From Pseudoramibacter faecis (GTDB lineage Bacteria; Bacillota; Clostridia; Eubacteriales; Eubacteriaceae): a DNA stretch of 32,000 nt. Shown here one piece after another: positions 18,069-25,968 of the stretch (position 1 is the first letter of the stretch; the number at the start of each line of letters is the position of its first letter). Made by a program: the position numbers and the translations under genes. Below the pieces are notes generated by a model. It searched no databases and was not told the DNA's origin. It worked only from the letters and a program-made list of their open reading frames with translations. The stretch is taken from the NCBI RefSeq assembly GCF_036289405.1, contig NZ_JAYFFI010000003.1, positions 96,364 through 128,363 on the forward strand, read 5' to 3'.

Positions 18069-19033
18069 CGCGCCGCCTCCCTTGCCTCTTTCTGTTTGAC
18101 GGATTCCGGCACCTGCCGGATCGTCCCGGCCTCCCTGTCATATTCATACACGCGGTCCGAAAGCTGGTCCTCCTTCGCCACCTGGGAGCGGTTGACGGCC
18201 CGCACCATCTCTCCGAGTTCTTTCGCATTGACCTCCGGGGATTTGGGGACGAGCAGGAGCTCATGGACAGAGGATGGGAGGATAAAAAAGCCCTCCGGGA
18301 GCAGCCGGTCCGCCTTTCCCAGGACGCCCGGATAGGAAAGGACGGCGGCCCCTTTGTTCTTGCTCACGTTGGAGAGGACATAGAGCTGCGAGGGCGTTTC
18401 CTCCGGTGCCGGGTTTTCCTGCTCCAGCAGGTTTGGTGCCGCGTCGCTGCCGAGTGCGAGGGCGAGCATGGTTTCCTCCAGCCGTTGCATGCAGGGCGGT
18501 TCCGCTTCCATGGCGTTTGCCTGCGCCTGCGAAAACAACGTGTCCGTGTCAACAGCCCAATGCTCCATCAGCTCCTGGCTGACCTTGACGCTCCCGGTTC
18601 CTTCTTCCATCGGAAATTTCAGTTCCAGGATCAGTGCAAGGTCCTCCATCCGGCGGTGCGGCATCTGTGAGAGCATCTGCCGGTTATCCCTCCCGTTGAC
18701 CAGCGTCACGGAAAGGTACTCTTTGACGCTCTCATAATCCCCGTAGTCCAGGGAGCCGATAAGCCCCGTTTTGTCCCTGGCACGGGTTACAACATCCGCG
18801 ATCTCACCCATGATCTCGTTCATCGGCCTGCCGTCTATCGCGGCCTCCCGGTAGGGCTCCATGTAGATCACCGGGCCGACATGATCCCCTTTTTCATGGA
18901 AGGTGATCCCGACACGGCTCACGTTGTTGTTCTTCTTTGTCTCAATGACCCGGCACTGCATCTGATGATCTTCCGGGAAATATGCCATGATCCCTGCTGC
19001 GACATCATCTGCAAACATCCTTGTCTCGTTCAT
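18065..19033 (-). CDS. DUF5688-like ICE protein
   Basis: I start at ATG 19033 (MNETRMFADDVAAGIMAYFPEDH...), which has AAAGGAG upstream and an ATGA overlap with the preceding small ORF. The pattern ...FPE....V....KNN....G......D...P.IY.EP.Y matches my memory of DUF5688. Confidence 0.5.
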   Translation of the reverse strand: MNETRMFADDVAAGIMAYFPEDHQMQCRVIETKKNNNVSRVGITFHEKGDHVGPVIYMEPYREAAIDGRPMNEIMGEIADVVTRARDKTGLIGSLDYGDYESVKEYLSVTLVNGRDNRQMLSQMPHRRMEDLALILELKFPMEEGTGSVKVSQELMEHWAVDTDTLFSQAQANAMEAEPPCMQRLEETMLALALGSDAAPNLLEQENPAPEETPSQLYVLSNVSKNKGAAVLSYPGVLGKADRLLPEGFFILPSSVHELLLVPKSPEVNAKELGEMVRAVNRSQVAKEDQLSDRVYEYDREAGTIRQVPESVKQKEAREAAR

Positions 19034-19143
19034 TTCTTCTGTGCTCCTTTCCCGCATTTTTCGATCTGCTCCTGATAGGCAAGCAGACGCCTTAGCTGCT
19101 TCTCCTCATCCACATGGGTTTTGGGTTCAATTTCCATCTTCAT
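19030..19143 (-). CDS. Small ORF, 37 aa (MKMEIEPKTHVDEEKQLRRLLAYQEQIEKCGKGAQKK)
   Basis: GAAAGGAG lies 7 nt upstream of ATG 19143. The stop overlaps the next gene's ATG (ATGA). Below the ORF-track size cut-off. Confidence 0.45.
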   Translation of the reverse strand: MKMEIEPKTHVDEEKQLRRLLAYQEQIEKCGKGAQKK

Positions 19144-19178
19144 TGATTCGCTCCTTTCAGAAAATACATGTGTTTCAA

Positions 19179-19241
19179 GGTACATTTACCAGGGGTTTCA
19201 GGGGCTGCCCCTGACAAGCGGCCTTTGTGCTCTCACAAAGG
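19179..19241 (-). promoter_or_regulatory. Cluster of three short perfect hairpins in the only sizeable non-coding gap of the module (candidate oriT and/or promoter region)
   Basis: GGTA-N4-TACC (19179-19190), CAGGGG-CTG-CCCCTG (19199-19213) and CCTTTGTG-CTCT-CACAAAGG (19222-19241). Confidence 0.35.
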
Positions 19242-19313
19242 CGATGCTTGCTGGTATATGACAGTTCCGTTCTCCCGCATGGTCGAACAGTTACCACCAG
19301 CCGAAAAGAAAGG

Positions 19314-19508
19314 TCAGCGTTCCATATCCCTGCTGCGTCTTTTAGGGCGGGCAGAAAACTCAACACCCTGAAAATAGTCAGCATCCAGAATGTGCTCGCT
19401 GTTACGCCATTGAGTGTCTACCAGGTCCCTGGCATCCTGCTCGCTTTCTGCCTCCACGGTAACAGTCTTTTTCAGCGTTTCGGTGATCGTTACTTCGTAT
19501 TCTTTCAT
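19314..19508 (-). CDS. DpnD/PcfM family protein
   Basis: MKEYEVTITETLKKTVTVEAESEQDARDLVDTQWRNSEHILDADYFQGVEF. Start at ATG 19508 with an ATGA overlap onto the Toprim gene stop. The track's longer 95-aa version has no support. Confidence 0.6.
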   Translation of the reverse strand: MKEYEVTITETLKKTVTVEAESEQDARDLVDTQWRNSEHILDADYFQGVEFSARPKRRSRDMER

Positions 19509-20464
19509 CGTACATCGCTCCTTTCCTGATTCTGCTGCTTGCCGATCCCTTTCCGACGGCAAAGATAATCGTTGTAGTCCTTGCCGCCCGGTGGCAGGCA
19601 TGTGGCAACTTCATACTGTCCGGATAACATCTCCGTCAGCGCATTAGCCGCCATGCGCCCGATGTGGTCATTATCCAGCCGCAGGATGATCCTGCGGATT
19701 TCAGGATGGTCTTTCAGATATTCTTTCAGCGCCAGAGGCAGGGAGCTTTCCTGAAGCTGCGCCCTCGGTTTGTAGACCCCGGCAAGGGAGAGCAGGTGTT
19801 CCTCCCGCCAGTCCGCGCCTTCCATCTTCCGGAGCGTGGCATAGGATAGCAGGTCAATGGCGCTCTCAAAGAGATGGAGGGTATCACTTTTGCTTTTTGC
19901 CGGGATGCTGAACGAAAACCGCTTGTCGCTCCCGGTCGCTTCACCTTTGAAATCCGTTCCGGTTCCCCGCAGGCTGGCATATCGGGGTTTCCCGTACCGG
20001 TCCATGCCGATAAAAACGGCATTGTGGTGGAGCAGGCTTTCATAGAGCCTGCCGGTGCTGATGCAATAGTCAATCAAATCCCGGTCAATTCCGCGCCCGG
20101 CCAGATACCGGATCACCCGGTCCGCCGTAGGGCTCGCTTCCGGAAGCAGCAGGGTCTTTACCTCTGACATTGGATGGGTGGCAGGAACAGGCGGAGATAT
20201 TGCGTTGCTCCCGGCGGTACGCTCGACTGCCTCGGTAAACGGCAGCCCCCTGACCTTGATCAGATAATCCAGGGCAGAGCGCCCGCCGATCCCGCGGGAA
20301 AACCAGTACCACTTGCCGTTGGAAATTTTCAGGCTGTCATGCTTGCGCGTACAATAGGTGCTGCCGCCGAAGTGGACCAGCTCCTGCGGCTCATAGTTCT
20401 TCAGGTAGGTGTAAAGGTCCATCTCCCTGGCCTTTGCCACTACCTCCGGTGGGATATAGGGCAT
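19505..20464 (-). CDS. DUF3991 + Toprim domain protein (primase-like)
   Basis: 319 aa. N-terminal ...SLKISNGKWYWFSRGIGGRSALDYLI... and Toprim acidic motifs (LFESAIDLLS, LDNDHIGR). Confidence 0.75.
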   Translation of the reverse strand: MPYIPPEVVAKAREMDLYTYLKNYEPQELVHFGGSTYCTRKHDSLKISNGKWYWFSRGIGGRSALDYLIKVRGLPFTEAVERTAGSNAISPPVPATHPMSEVKTLLLPEASPTADRVIRYLAGRGIDRDLIDYCISTGRLYESLLHHNAVFIGMDRYGKPRYASLRGTGTDFKGEATGSDKRFSFSIPAKSKSDTLHLFESAIDLLSYATLRKMEGADWREEHLLSLAGVYKPRAQLQESSLPLALKEYLKDHPEIRRIILRLDNDHIGRMAANALTEMLSGQYEVATCLPPGGKDYNDYLCRRKGIGKQQNQERSDVR

Positions 20465-20472
20465 AAAACCAC

Positions 20473-20811
20473 CTACCTTTCTTCGCGGCGCGCTCTGATG
20501 AAATCCGCCCGGATGATCTCGTTGGCCCTGTTTTCCAGCGTGTTGCGGACCTGGTCCATGTAGTCTGTCTCCCGGTCCGACCAGGACTTGAAAACATCAG
20601 ATACCGGAGACCTTGACCGCAGCAGCGCCCTGGCCTGTTTTTCCGGCAGCTCCGCTTCCTCCATGCACATCACAATGTCCTCCCGGACACTGTACTCGTA
20701 GGCATGGCTCAGGATGTCCGTAGGCGGCAGCGCCAGAAGCCAGTCCCGGTACTTCATCTGTTCGGCGGACATCTTTTCATAGAGCCTTGTGTTCAGTTCC
20801 TCGTTTGTCAT
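20473..20811 (-). CDS. DUF3848 domain protein
   Basis: 112 aa. MTNEELNTRLYEKMSAEQMKYRDWLLALPPTDILSHAYEYSVREDIV matches my memory of DUF3848. GGAGGTGA RBS. Confidence 0.55.
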   Translation of the reverse strand: MTNEELNTRLYEKMSAEQMKYRDWLLALPPTDILSHAYEYSVREDIVMCMEEAELPEKQARALLRSRSPVSDVFKSWSDRETDYMDQVRNTLENRANEIIRADFIRARREER

Positions 20812-20834
20812 TTGATCTCACCTCCGATCTGAAA

Positions 20835-20875
20835 TAGAAAAAGCCGGATGCTCCTTTGTAGGGAAACACCCGGCT
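20835..20875 (-). terminator. Rho-independent terminator (second of a tandem pair)
   Basis: Minus strand: AGCCGG-22 nt loop-CCGGCT followed by TTTTTCTATTT. It ends about 15 nt from the DUF3848 RBS. Confidence 0.45.
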
Positions 20876-20878
20876 ATG

Positions 20879-20914
20879 TAAAAAACGGCTGATTTTCATT
20901 CAGAAAACCAGCCG
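20879..20914 (-). terminator. Rho-independent terminator downstream of the AraC/GyrI gene
   Basis: Minus strand: CGGCTGGTTTTC-TGAAT-GAAAATCAGCCG (12 bp with one G-T pair) followed by TTTTTTA. Confidence 0.65.
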
Positions 20915-20991
20915 GTTTGAAGATATTCGGTTATTATGTGGAGAACACAACAGCACCATTAACTGCTGACCGCCGCTCTCTTGGTTACAAA

Positions 20992-21837
20992 TTATTCTTT
21001 CCTGGCAAGGGGAATCCAAAGCTCCATCTTATAATCGGGGCTATACATATCTCCCTCAGAATAAACCTCAAAGTCAGGCGTTCCCGCATGCATATAGCCC
21101 TGCTCCGGCAAGAACACTTCCATAGCGTATTTCCAACCCTCGTGGATGCAGGTGGGAACAGGCCCCTTTAGTGACAGGATAGCATATTCCGCCGCCTTGA
21201 TCTCCTTGACCTCAAACCCCATTTCTCTTGCCCTTGAAACGTCATTGACATGGTAGCAAGCCATATAGTTGATCTTGTTTGGCTTTTCCACATCAAAGCA
21301 CATCCCATAGAGTTGCCCGTTCCCCAAGCGGGAAAGGGTGTCGTGATCGTACTTTTTGTAGAGCTGATCCCAAACCACCGGACAAGACGAGGACTCGATA
21401 TTGTCCAGTTTGACCCCGGCCACGGCAAATCCACCTTTCTTTTGGATCTTCACGTCCATATGTTTTCCTCCTTTTACGCTGAGCGTCAGTTGAATGGGAG
21501 AAACGACCCGGTATGCTTCTCCGTTCCGTACTTCTGTAGGCGTAACGTGATGAAAACTCTTAAAAGCATTCGTGAAAGAATCCGGTGATTCGTAGCCGTA
21601 CTTCATGGCAATGTCAATGATTTTTGCATTTGTTTCATTGATCTCCATGGCTGCCTTCGTCAGCTTCCTGAGCCGGATATATTCCGACAGCGTCATGTTT
21701 GTCAGAATAGAAAACAATCTGCTGAACATGGCATAGGAATAACTTGACAGCACAGCGACCCGGCTCTCATCAATTACGCCATCCAGTTCGCTTTCAATAT
21801 AGCGGATGGTTTCATTGAATGCTTTAATCATCTGCAT
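20992..21837 (-). CDS. AraC/MarA-type HTH regulator fused to a GyrI-like effector-binding domain
   Basis: Start at ATG 21837, with AGGAGG 7 nt upstream. MQMIKAFNETIRYIESELDG...IIDIAMKYGYESPDSFTNAFKSFHHVTPTEVR is followed by a GyrI-like C-terminal half (...YEVYSEGDMYSPDYKMELWIPL). Confidence 0.85.
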   Translation of the reverse strand: MQMIKAFNETIRYIESELDGVIDESRVAVLSSYSYAMFSRLFSILTNMTLSEYIRLRKLTKAAMEINETNAKIIDIAMKYGYESPDSFTNAFKSFHHVTPTEVRNGEAYRVVSPIQLTLSVKGGKHMDVKIQKKGGFAVAGVKLDNIESSSCPVVWDQLYKKYDHDTLSRLGNGQLYGMCFDVEKPNKINYMACYHVNDVSRAREMGFEVKEIKAAEYAILSLKGPVPTCIHEGWKYAMEVFLPEQGYMHAGTPDFEVYSEGDMYSPDYKMELWIPLARKE

Positions 21838-22049
21838 AACATTACCTCCTACGACACAGATTGTAGCCGAGTTCCTTGCGATAAGCCCGATATTTCCCAT
21901 ACCAAAATCATCGTATTGGGCACGCCTTTCGTCGCGTCTATTCCCCAAATACTACTTAAATATTTCCTTTGCTTCAGCAGACGCAATTCTCTTTCCACAC
22001 CTTATGCCCGCTGCCGATCATCAGAACGCCAAAGATATGTCCCCGAAAT

Positions 22050-22803
22050 TTATGTTACATACTTACTAAACTGGCATTGTTCTTGTACTTTATCTCCAAT
22101 AAGCGTAATTGCCTGCCTCGGACATTGACTGATGCAGCGGTAGCACATGGTACATTTATTGCTTAGAACCGCTTTTTATCTTTCACTGTAATATTGTGCA
22201 TCGGGCAGATTTTGCTGCATAAACCACAGCCGACACACTTTTTACTTATTTTTAATTGATCGGAATACCCTCTTGTTTTGCCCGAAAACCACAGTCTCTA
22301 CCCGAACAATCCAGCCATATGAGAGAAAAACGAGATTCCCTCTTTTGGATATTTTCCACGCTGTATGTCTCGTGCCGTTTTTTCTATTTTCTCATCTGCG
22401 GCTATCACGATTTTTCTGTTTTCTTCAATGGATTTCTTTAATAGCTTGCTATCACAAACAGAATCAGGCATATGCATATGCAGACCGCCCAAAATGACAG
22501 CACCGTACTTCTTTAATAACCGTGCCGTACATCCTGCGCCATCGCCGCTGAAAGCTCTCATGATTGCAACACATAAAACCTGCTTTCCACTCCATATATC
22601 GCCGTTGGATTCAATAAAATCCCTAACCATAAAAAAGGCGCATTTGAGAATTGCGTCGGATACCCTAACACAATCATTTTCTCGCTCTTGATATGGTCAA
22701 TGATATCGTCGTTTTCCAATGGGAGAGCTTTCGCATTTCGGTCCAAAAGGGATACGAGCTTTTCAATGCAGTGCTTTGTATTTCCCGTCCCAATTCCGAC
22801 CAT
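22050..22803 (-). pseudogene. Flavodoxin-like + 2x[4Fe-4S] ferredoxin fusion (EFR1-like), disrupted three times
   Basis: The gene is in three pieces. N-terminal piece (22558-22803): MVGIGTGNTKH...KMIVLGYPTQFSNAPF. Middle piece (22298-22630): MVRDFIESNGDIWSGKQVLCV...FSHMAGLFG, ending at TAG 22300-22298. C-terminal pieces (my translation): RLWFSGKTRGYSDQLKISKKCVGCGLCSKICPMHNITVKDKK and, in another frame, AVLSNKCTMCYRCISQCPRQAITLIGDKVQEQCQFSKYVT* (TAA at 22052-22050). Confidence 0.75.
22670..22704 (+). repeat. Direct repeat copy A (35 nt, 33/35 identical to 31533-31567)
   Basis: acaatcattttctCgctcttgatatggtcaaTgat versus acaatcattttctTgctcttgatatggtcaaGgat. Lies inside the 5' part of the flavodoxin pseudogene (codons ...IDHIKSEKMIV...). 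Confidence 0.7.
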
Positions 22804-23315
22804 AATTGTTACCTCCCTATGTATCCTATGTTCATTGACTTTGCTCCCATAGTTGAAATCCTATTGCCATCACATGCACCGATTTTGGGAATTATTCTGT
22901 CCATCGTTTGCTCTCCATAAACCGGAATTGAGATTTCATCTATTCCAAGAGGATTAATAATAGTTATATTTTATTATCAAACATATCTCAAGCCTCTGAA
23001 AACACTAAGTTCGTCGCAGGTGAGCTTTCCCTTGTGTTATATCTTCATCTTCCCATATGAGCTTACGAACTCTGATAAGGGAAAAAACAAAGGCACAAGA
23101 TGTCCGGTGGGTCTACACTCCGTTTCGGTCCGTGCTAAACGCATATCCACTGGATATACAGCACCATCTGCTCTGTGCCGACCGAAGCGGCAGCGGAGAC
23201 AAAGGAAATCCTATAAAACAGTATAACACAAAATAAAATTGACATGGTGAACTGATTGAAATGCTTCTGATTTTTGTAACTGATGATTGATTGAACAAAA
23301 AGGAGATTTGATACG

Positions 23316-23399
23316 ATGAGAACGACATTTGCAGAATACAATCCACAACAAAACAGTATTGATGTATATACCAGTGCTGACTATATGCTCCGCTATTGA
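23316..23399 (+). CDS. 27-codon ORF MRTTFAEYNPQQNSIDVYTSADYMLRY (stand-alone peptide, or 5' relic of an IS1182-like transposase gene)
   Basis: AAAGGAG lies 8 nt upstream of the ATG. A strong hairpin terminator sits 90 nt downstream. YNPQQNSIDVYT resembles the YN.NQ.SLD..T N-terminal pattern I associate with IS1182-family transposases. Confidence 0.3.
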   Translation: MRTTFAEYNPQQNSIDVYTSADYMLRY

Positions 23400-23488
23400 T
23401 GAACCACTTGAATATACAAAACTATACCTTGATGGAATTATGCGGATGTAGGTAGATTCAGAAGATTCATTAGAACCATTTTGACTTT

Positions 23489-23525
23489 AAAAGTGCTGGT
23501 GCAATTTGCAGCAGCACTTTTGTTA
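23489..23525. terminator. Bidirectional-looking intrinsic terminator
   Basis: AAAAGTGCTGGTGCA-ATT-TGCAGCAGCACTTTT (15-bp stem, one mismatch), flanked by an A-run and a T-run. Confidence 0.6.
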
Positions 23526-23883
23526 TAAAATTTACGAATTATATTTGAATGATCCAATAAAATGGTTTTTTTAAACGTAGTTCATTTTTATTAGAATCTC
23601 TGACAAAACCAGTGACAATTCGCCATCACCCCCAATCGCTTTCTCCTGAATCTGCTGGGGAATATACAACTCACCTTTATTAAATGTAGAATTCTTTTTG
23701 TCCAAAATAGAGAAAACATAAAAAACTTACTGTGCCCTTTGGAAAAATAATAATTCTTATATTAACAATTTTTCCCAAATACTTAAATCATGCTTTTAGA
23801 AAATAAAGGATTTTATTGAAAGTATCGTTATGCTGGAACATATTACAGGCAATCACCAAAAATGATCATAACAATTTATTATC

Positions 23884-25293
23884 TTATAGAGGCACAGATT
23901 TTCTGTGTTTTTTCAGATATTTGTAAACAATACTCCAAAAACAATTCACAAGCATCCAGCCTATTCCTGTTGCAAGTGCCACTGAGCCAAGGCCCATCAC
24001 AGGGAACAAAAACCATGAAATCACAACACGAATGAAAATATGACCGGCTGCACCAATAAAAGGCACGAATACTTTTCCTATGCCATTATAGTAACCTGTA
24101 AATGTATTTCCAGTATAGCAAAACAGATAAAAGCCTGCAATCAGGCGAAGATACCGGATTCCTTCTTCAAAAGAGGTACCACTATTATTTCCCAGCATGA
24201 GAGCAATGGTCTGTGGTGCAAAAATAAACATGACGAGTGCAGCTAAAACACCGGTTCCGGCAAGCCAGCTCAGGCTGCAGCAAAATGTTTTTTGTACACG
24301 CTCATGTTTTCCAGCTCCGTAATTCTGGGCGGTCAGAATTGATGTTGAGACAGATCCACTGCCTCCGATTGAATTAGCAAAACCTTCAATACGGGTTGCT
24401 GCAGTATATGCCGCAATCACATCAGTACCACCTGTATTTACAGTTCCCTGAACCAGCAATTTCCCAAGATACAGACTGCTCTGATGAAGGCTTGTAATCA
24501 GACCGGTTTTCAAAAATTTAAGAATATCCTTATGGCTACTGTTGCAGTCCTTCCGCTGTAATATCATTTCGTGGTGTGTTTTCCACAAATAGACAAAACA
24601 AAGGACTGCTGAAATAATCTGTGTGACTGCTGTTGCAATTGCAGCGCCTTCTATTCCCTTTTGACATTTTCCAACTAAAATCACATCCAATACCAGATTT
24701 ATAATCACAGACACAATTAAAACAAATAATGAAGCTTTGGTGTCTCCTGAGGCTCTAAGAAGCGATGCAAACAGATTATAGAAAAAAACAGCCGGAAAAC
24801 TTAAGAATATCCAGAAAAGATAAGAAGCTATATAGCCATATAGGTCTTCGGGTGTCTGTAACAGTGTTAACAATGGGTTCATACAGACAAGCCCTATAAA
24901 CGTGAGAAACAGTGAGCACCCCATTCCGGCAACTAAGGCACTGAAATGCTGCCTTCGCAATTCAATCATGTTTTTTTGCCCGCATGCCTGCGCAAAAAGA
25001 ATTGAAAACCCATTACAGCAGCCTACCAGTGCAAATAAAAATAAATTCATGGCAGTTCCTGCAATTCCTATAGCTGCAAATTCCTCTTTTCCTGCAAAAC
25101 GTCCAACTACAAACGCATCAATTGTATTGTAGAATTCCTGCAATATATTTCCTGCCATCAGAGAAATCGCAAGACTCACCAGATAGGTGGATATATTTCC
25201 CTTTGTAAAGTCCTTATTATTGCTCAAGTTAATTCCTCCAGCCCCTGAAAATAGAGAATACTCCGCCATCAGGTCTGATAGCGAAGTATTCAT
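23884..25293 (-). CDS. MATE family efflux transporter
   Basis: About 470 aa with 12-TM-like hydrophobicity. N-terminal ...KDFTKGNISTYLVSLAISLMAGNILQEFYNTIDAFVVGRFAGKEEFAAIG is the typical MATE opening. ATG 25293; the track start at 25299 is a TTG. Confidence 0.85.
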   Translation of the reverse strand: MNTSLSDLMAEYSLFSGAGGINLSNNKDFTKGNISTYLVSLAISLMAGNILQEFYNTIDAFVVGRFAGKEEFAAIGIAGTAMNLFLFALVGCCNGFSILFAQACGQKNMIELRRQHFSALVAGMGCSLFLTFIGLVCMNPLLTLLQTPEDLYGYIASYLFWIFLSFPAVFFYNLFASLLRASGDTKASLFVLIVSVIINLVLDVILVGKCQKGIEGAAIATAVTQIISAVLCFVYLWKTHHEMILQRKDCNSSHKDILKFLKTGLITSLHQSSLYLGKLLVQGTVNTGGTDVIAAYTAATRIEGFANSIGGSGSVSTSILTAQNYGAGKHERVQKTFCCSLSWLAGTGVLAALVMFIFAPQTIALMLGNNSGTSFEEGIRYLRLIAGFYLFCYTGNTFTGYYNGIGKVFVPFIGAAGHIFIRVVISWFLFPVMGLGSVALATGIGWMLVNCFWSIVYKYLKKHRKSVPL

Positions 25294-25307
25294 TGTCAAA
25301 TATAAGC

Positions 25308-25961
25308 CTAGGAGATTTTCTTTTGGGCTTCTATTATTTTATCAAATCCATATATTTCCAATGTTGTTTTTCCCGCATTTAACTGCTTCACAATTTCCTG
25401 CTCATGTTGAAATTTATCAAGTGCTTTCTTAAATACAGTGTCTTCCTGTTCCTGCGGAATGACTACAATTCCATCACAATCGCCAAAGACGATGTCGCCA
25501 GGATTTACCACAATACCTCCGCAATGCACCGGAATATTTATTTTAGCAAGGCTTTCTTTTACTGTGCCAGATGGATTAAATGCTCTTACAAATACCGGGA
25601 AGCCTAATTCCTTTATATCCTCCGCATCCCTGCAGCTTCCATCAATTACCACACCTGCAAGTCCATATTGTTTACAGGCTGTTGCCATGATATCGCCAAA
25701 ATGTCCGGCGTTGGTATATCCATGTACATCCAGAATCAGTACATTGCCAGGTTTTGCTGCATAGATTGCCTGATGTAATGCCAGATTATCTCCCGGGAAA
25801 CACTGGGCAGTAAAGGCACGTCCAATCATTTTCATCTTAGAATCAACCGGTTTGATTGCTGTATCCATTACACCCTGATTCGGTGTCTGGCTATTATTGT
25901 CTGCAATATTTCCAGTTGGTAATTTTATTAATTCTATTTTTAATTCTTCTGTCAGATTCAT
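25308..25961 (-). CDS. RraA family protein (RraA/HMG-CHA aldolase/oxaloacetate decarboxylase-like), paralogue 1
   Basis: 217 aa. GDIMATACKQYGLAGVVIDGSCRDAEDI keeps the family's G-D and DG..RD motifs. Confidence 0.8.
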   Translation of the reverse strand: MNLTEELKIELIKLPTGNIADNNSQTPNQGVMDTAIKPVDSKMKMIGRAFTAQCFPGDNLALHQAIYAAKPGNVLILDVHGYTNAGHFGDIMATACKQYGLAGVVIDGSCRDAEDIKELGFPVFVRAFNPSGTVKESLAKINIPVHCGGIVVNPGDIVFGDCDGIVVIPQEQEDTVFKKALDKFQHEQEIVKQLNAGKTTLEIYGFDKIIEAQKKIS

Positions 25962-25968
25962 AATCCAT

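Larger units (their letters stand above)
6765..20875 (-). mobile_element. Conjugation (relaxosome + type IV secretion) module of a Tn1549/CTn-like Firmicutes ICE, apparently truncated
   Basis: Sixteen co-directional, overlapping or closely spaced genes of ICE-specific families (listed separately). Visibly higher GC than both flanks. No recombinase in the window. Boundaries are approximate. Confidence 0.8.

Noticed and set aside
23092-23215. GC-rich island as a known riboswitch, SRP RNA, 6S RNA, T-box, group II intron domain or tRNA-like element
   Set aside because: I compared it by eye with the consensus cores I remember for TPP, FMN, cobalamin, purine, SAM, glycine, c-di-GMP, SRP domain IV, RNase P, T-box and intron domain V. 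None fits on either strand. Kept only as an unexplained structured patch in the findings.
22804-23883. CRISPR array, tandem repeats or a tRNA/att site in the 1.1-kb non-coding stretch
   Set aside because: I saw no regularly spaced direct repeats and no tRNA-like T-arm (GGTTCRANTCC) motif here or elsewhere in the window. It holds only isolated hairpins and gene relics.
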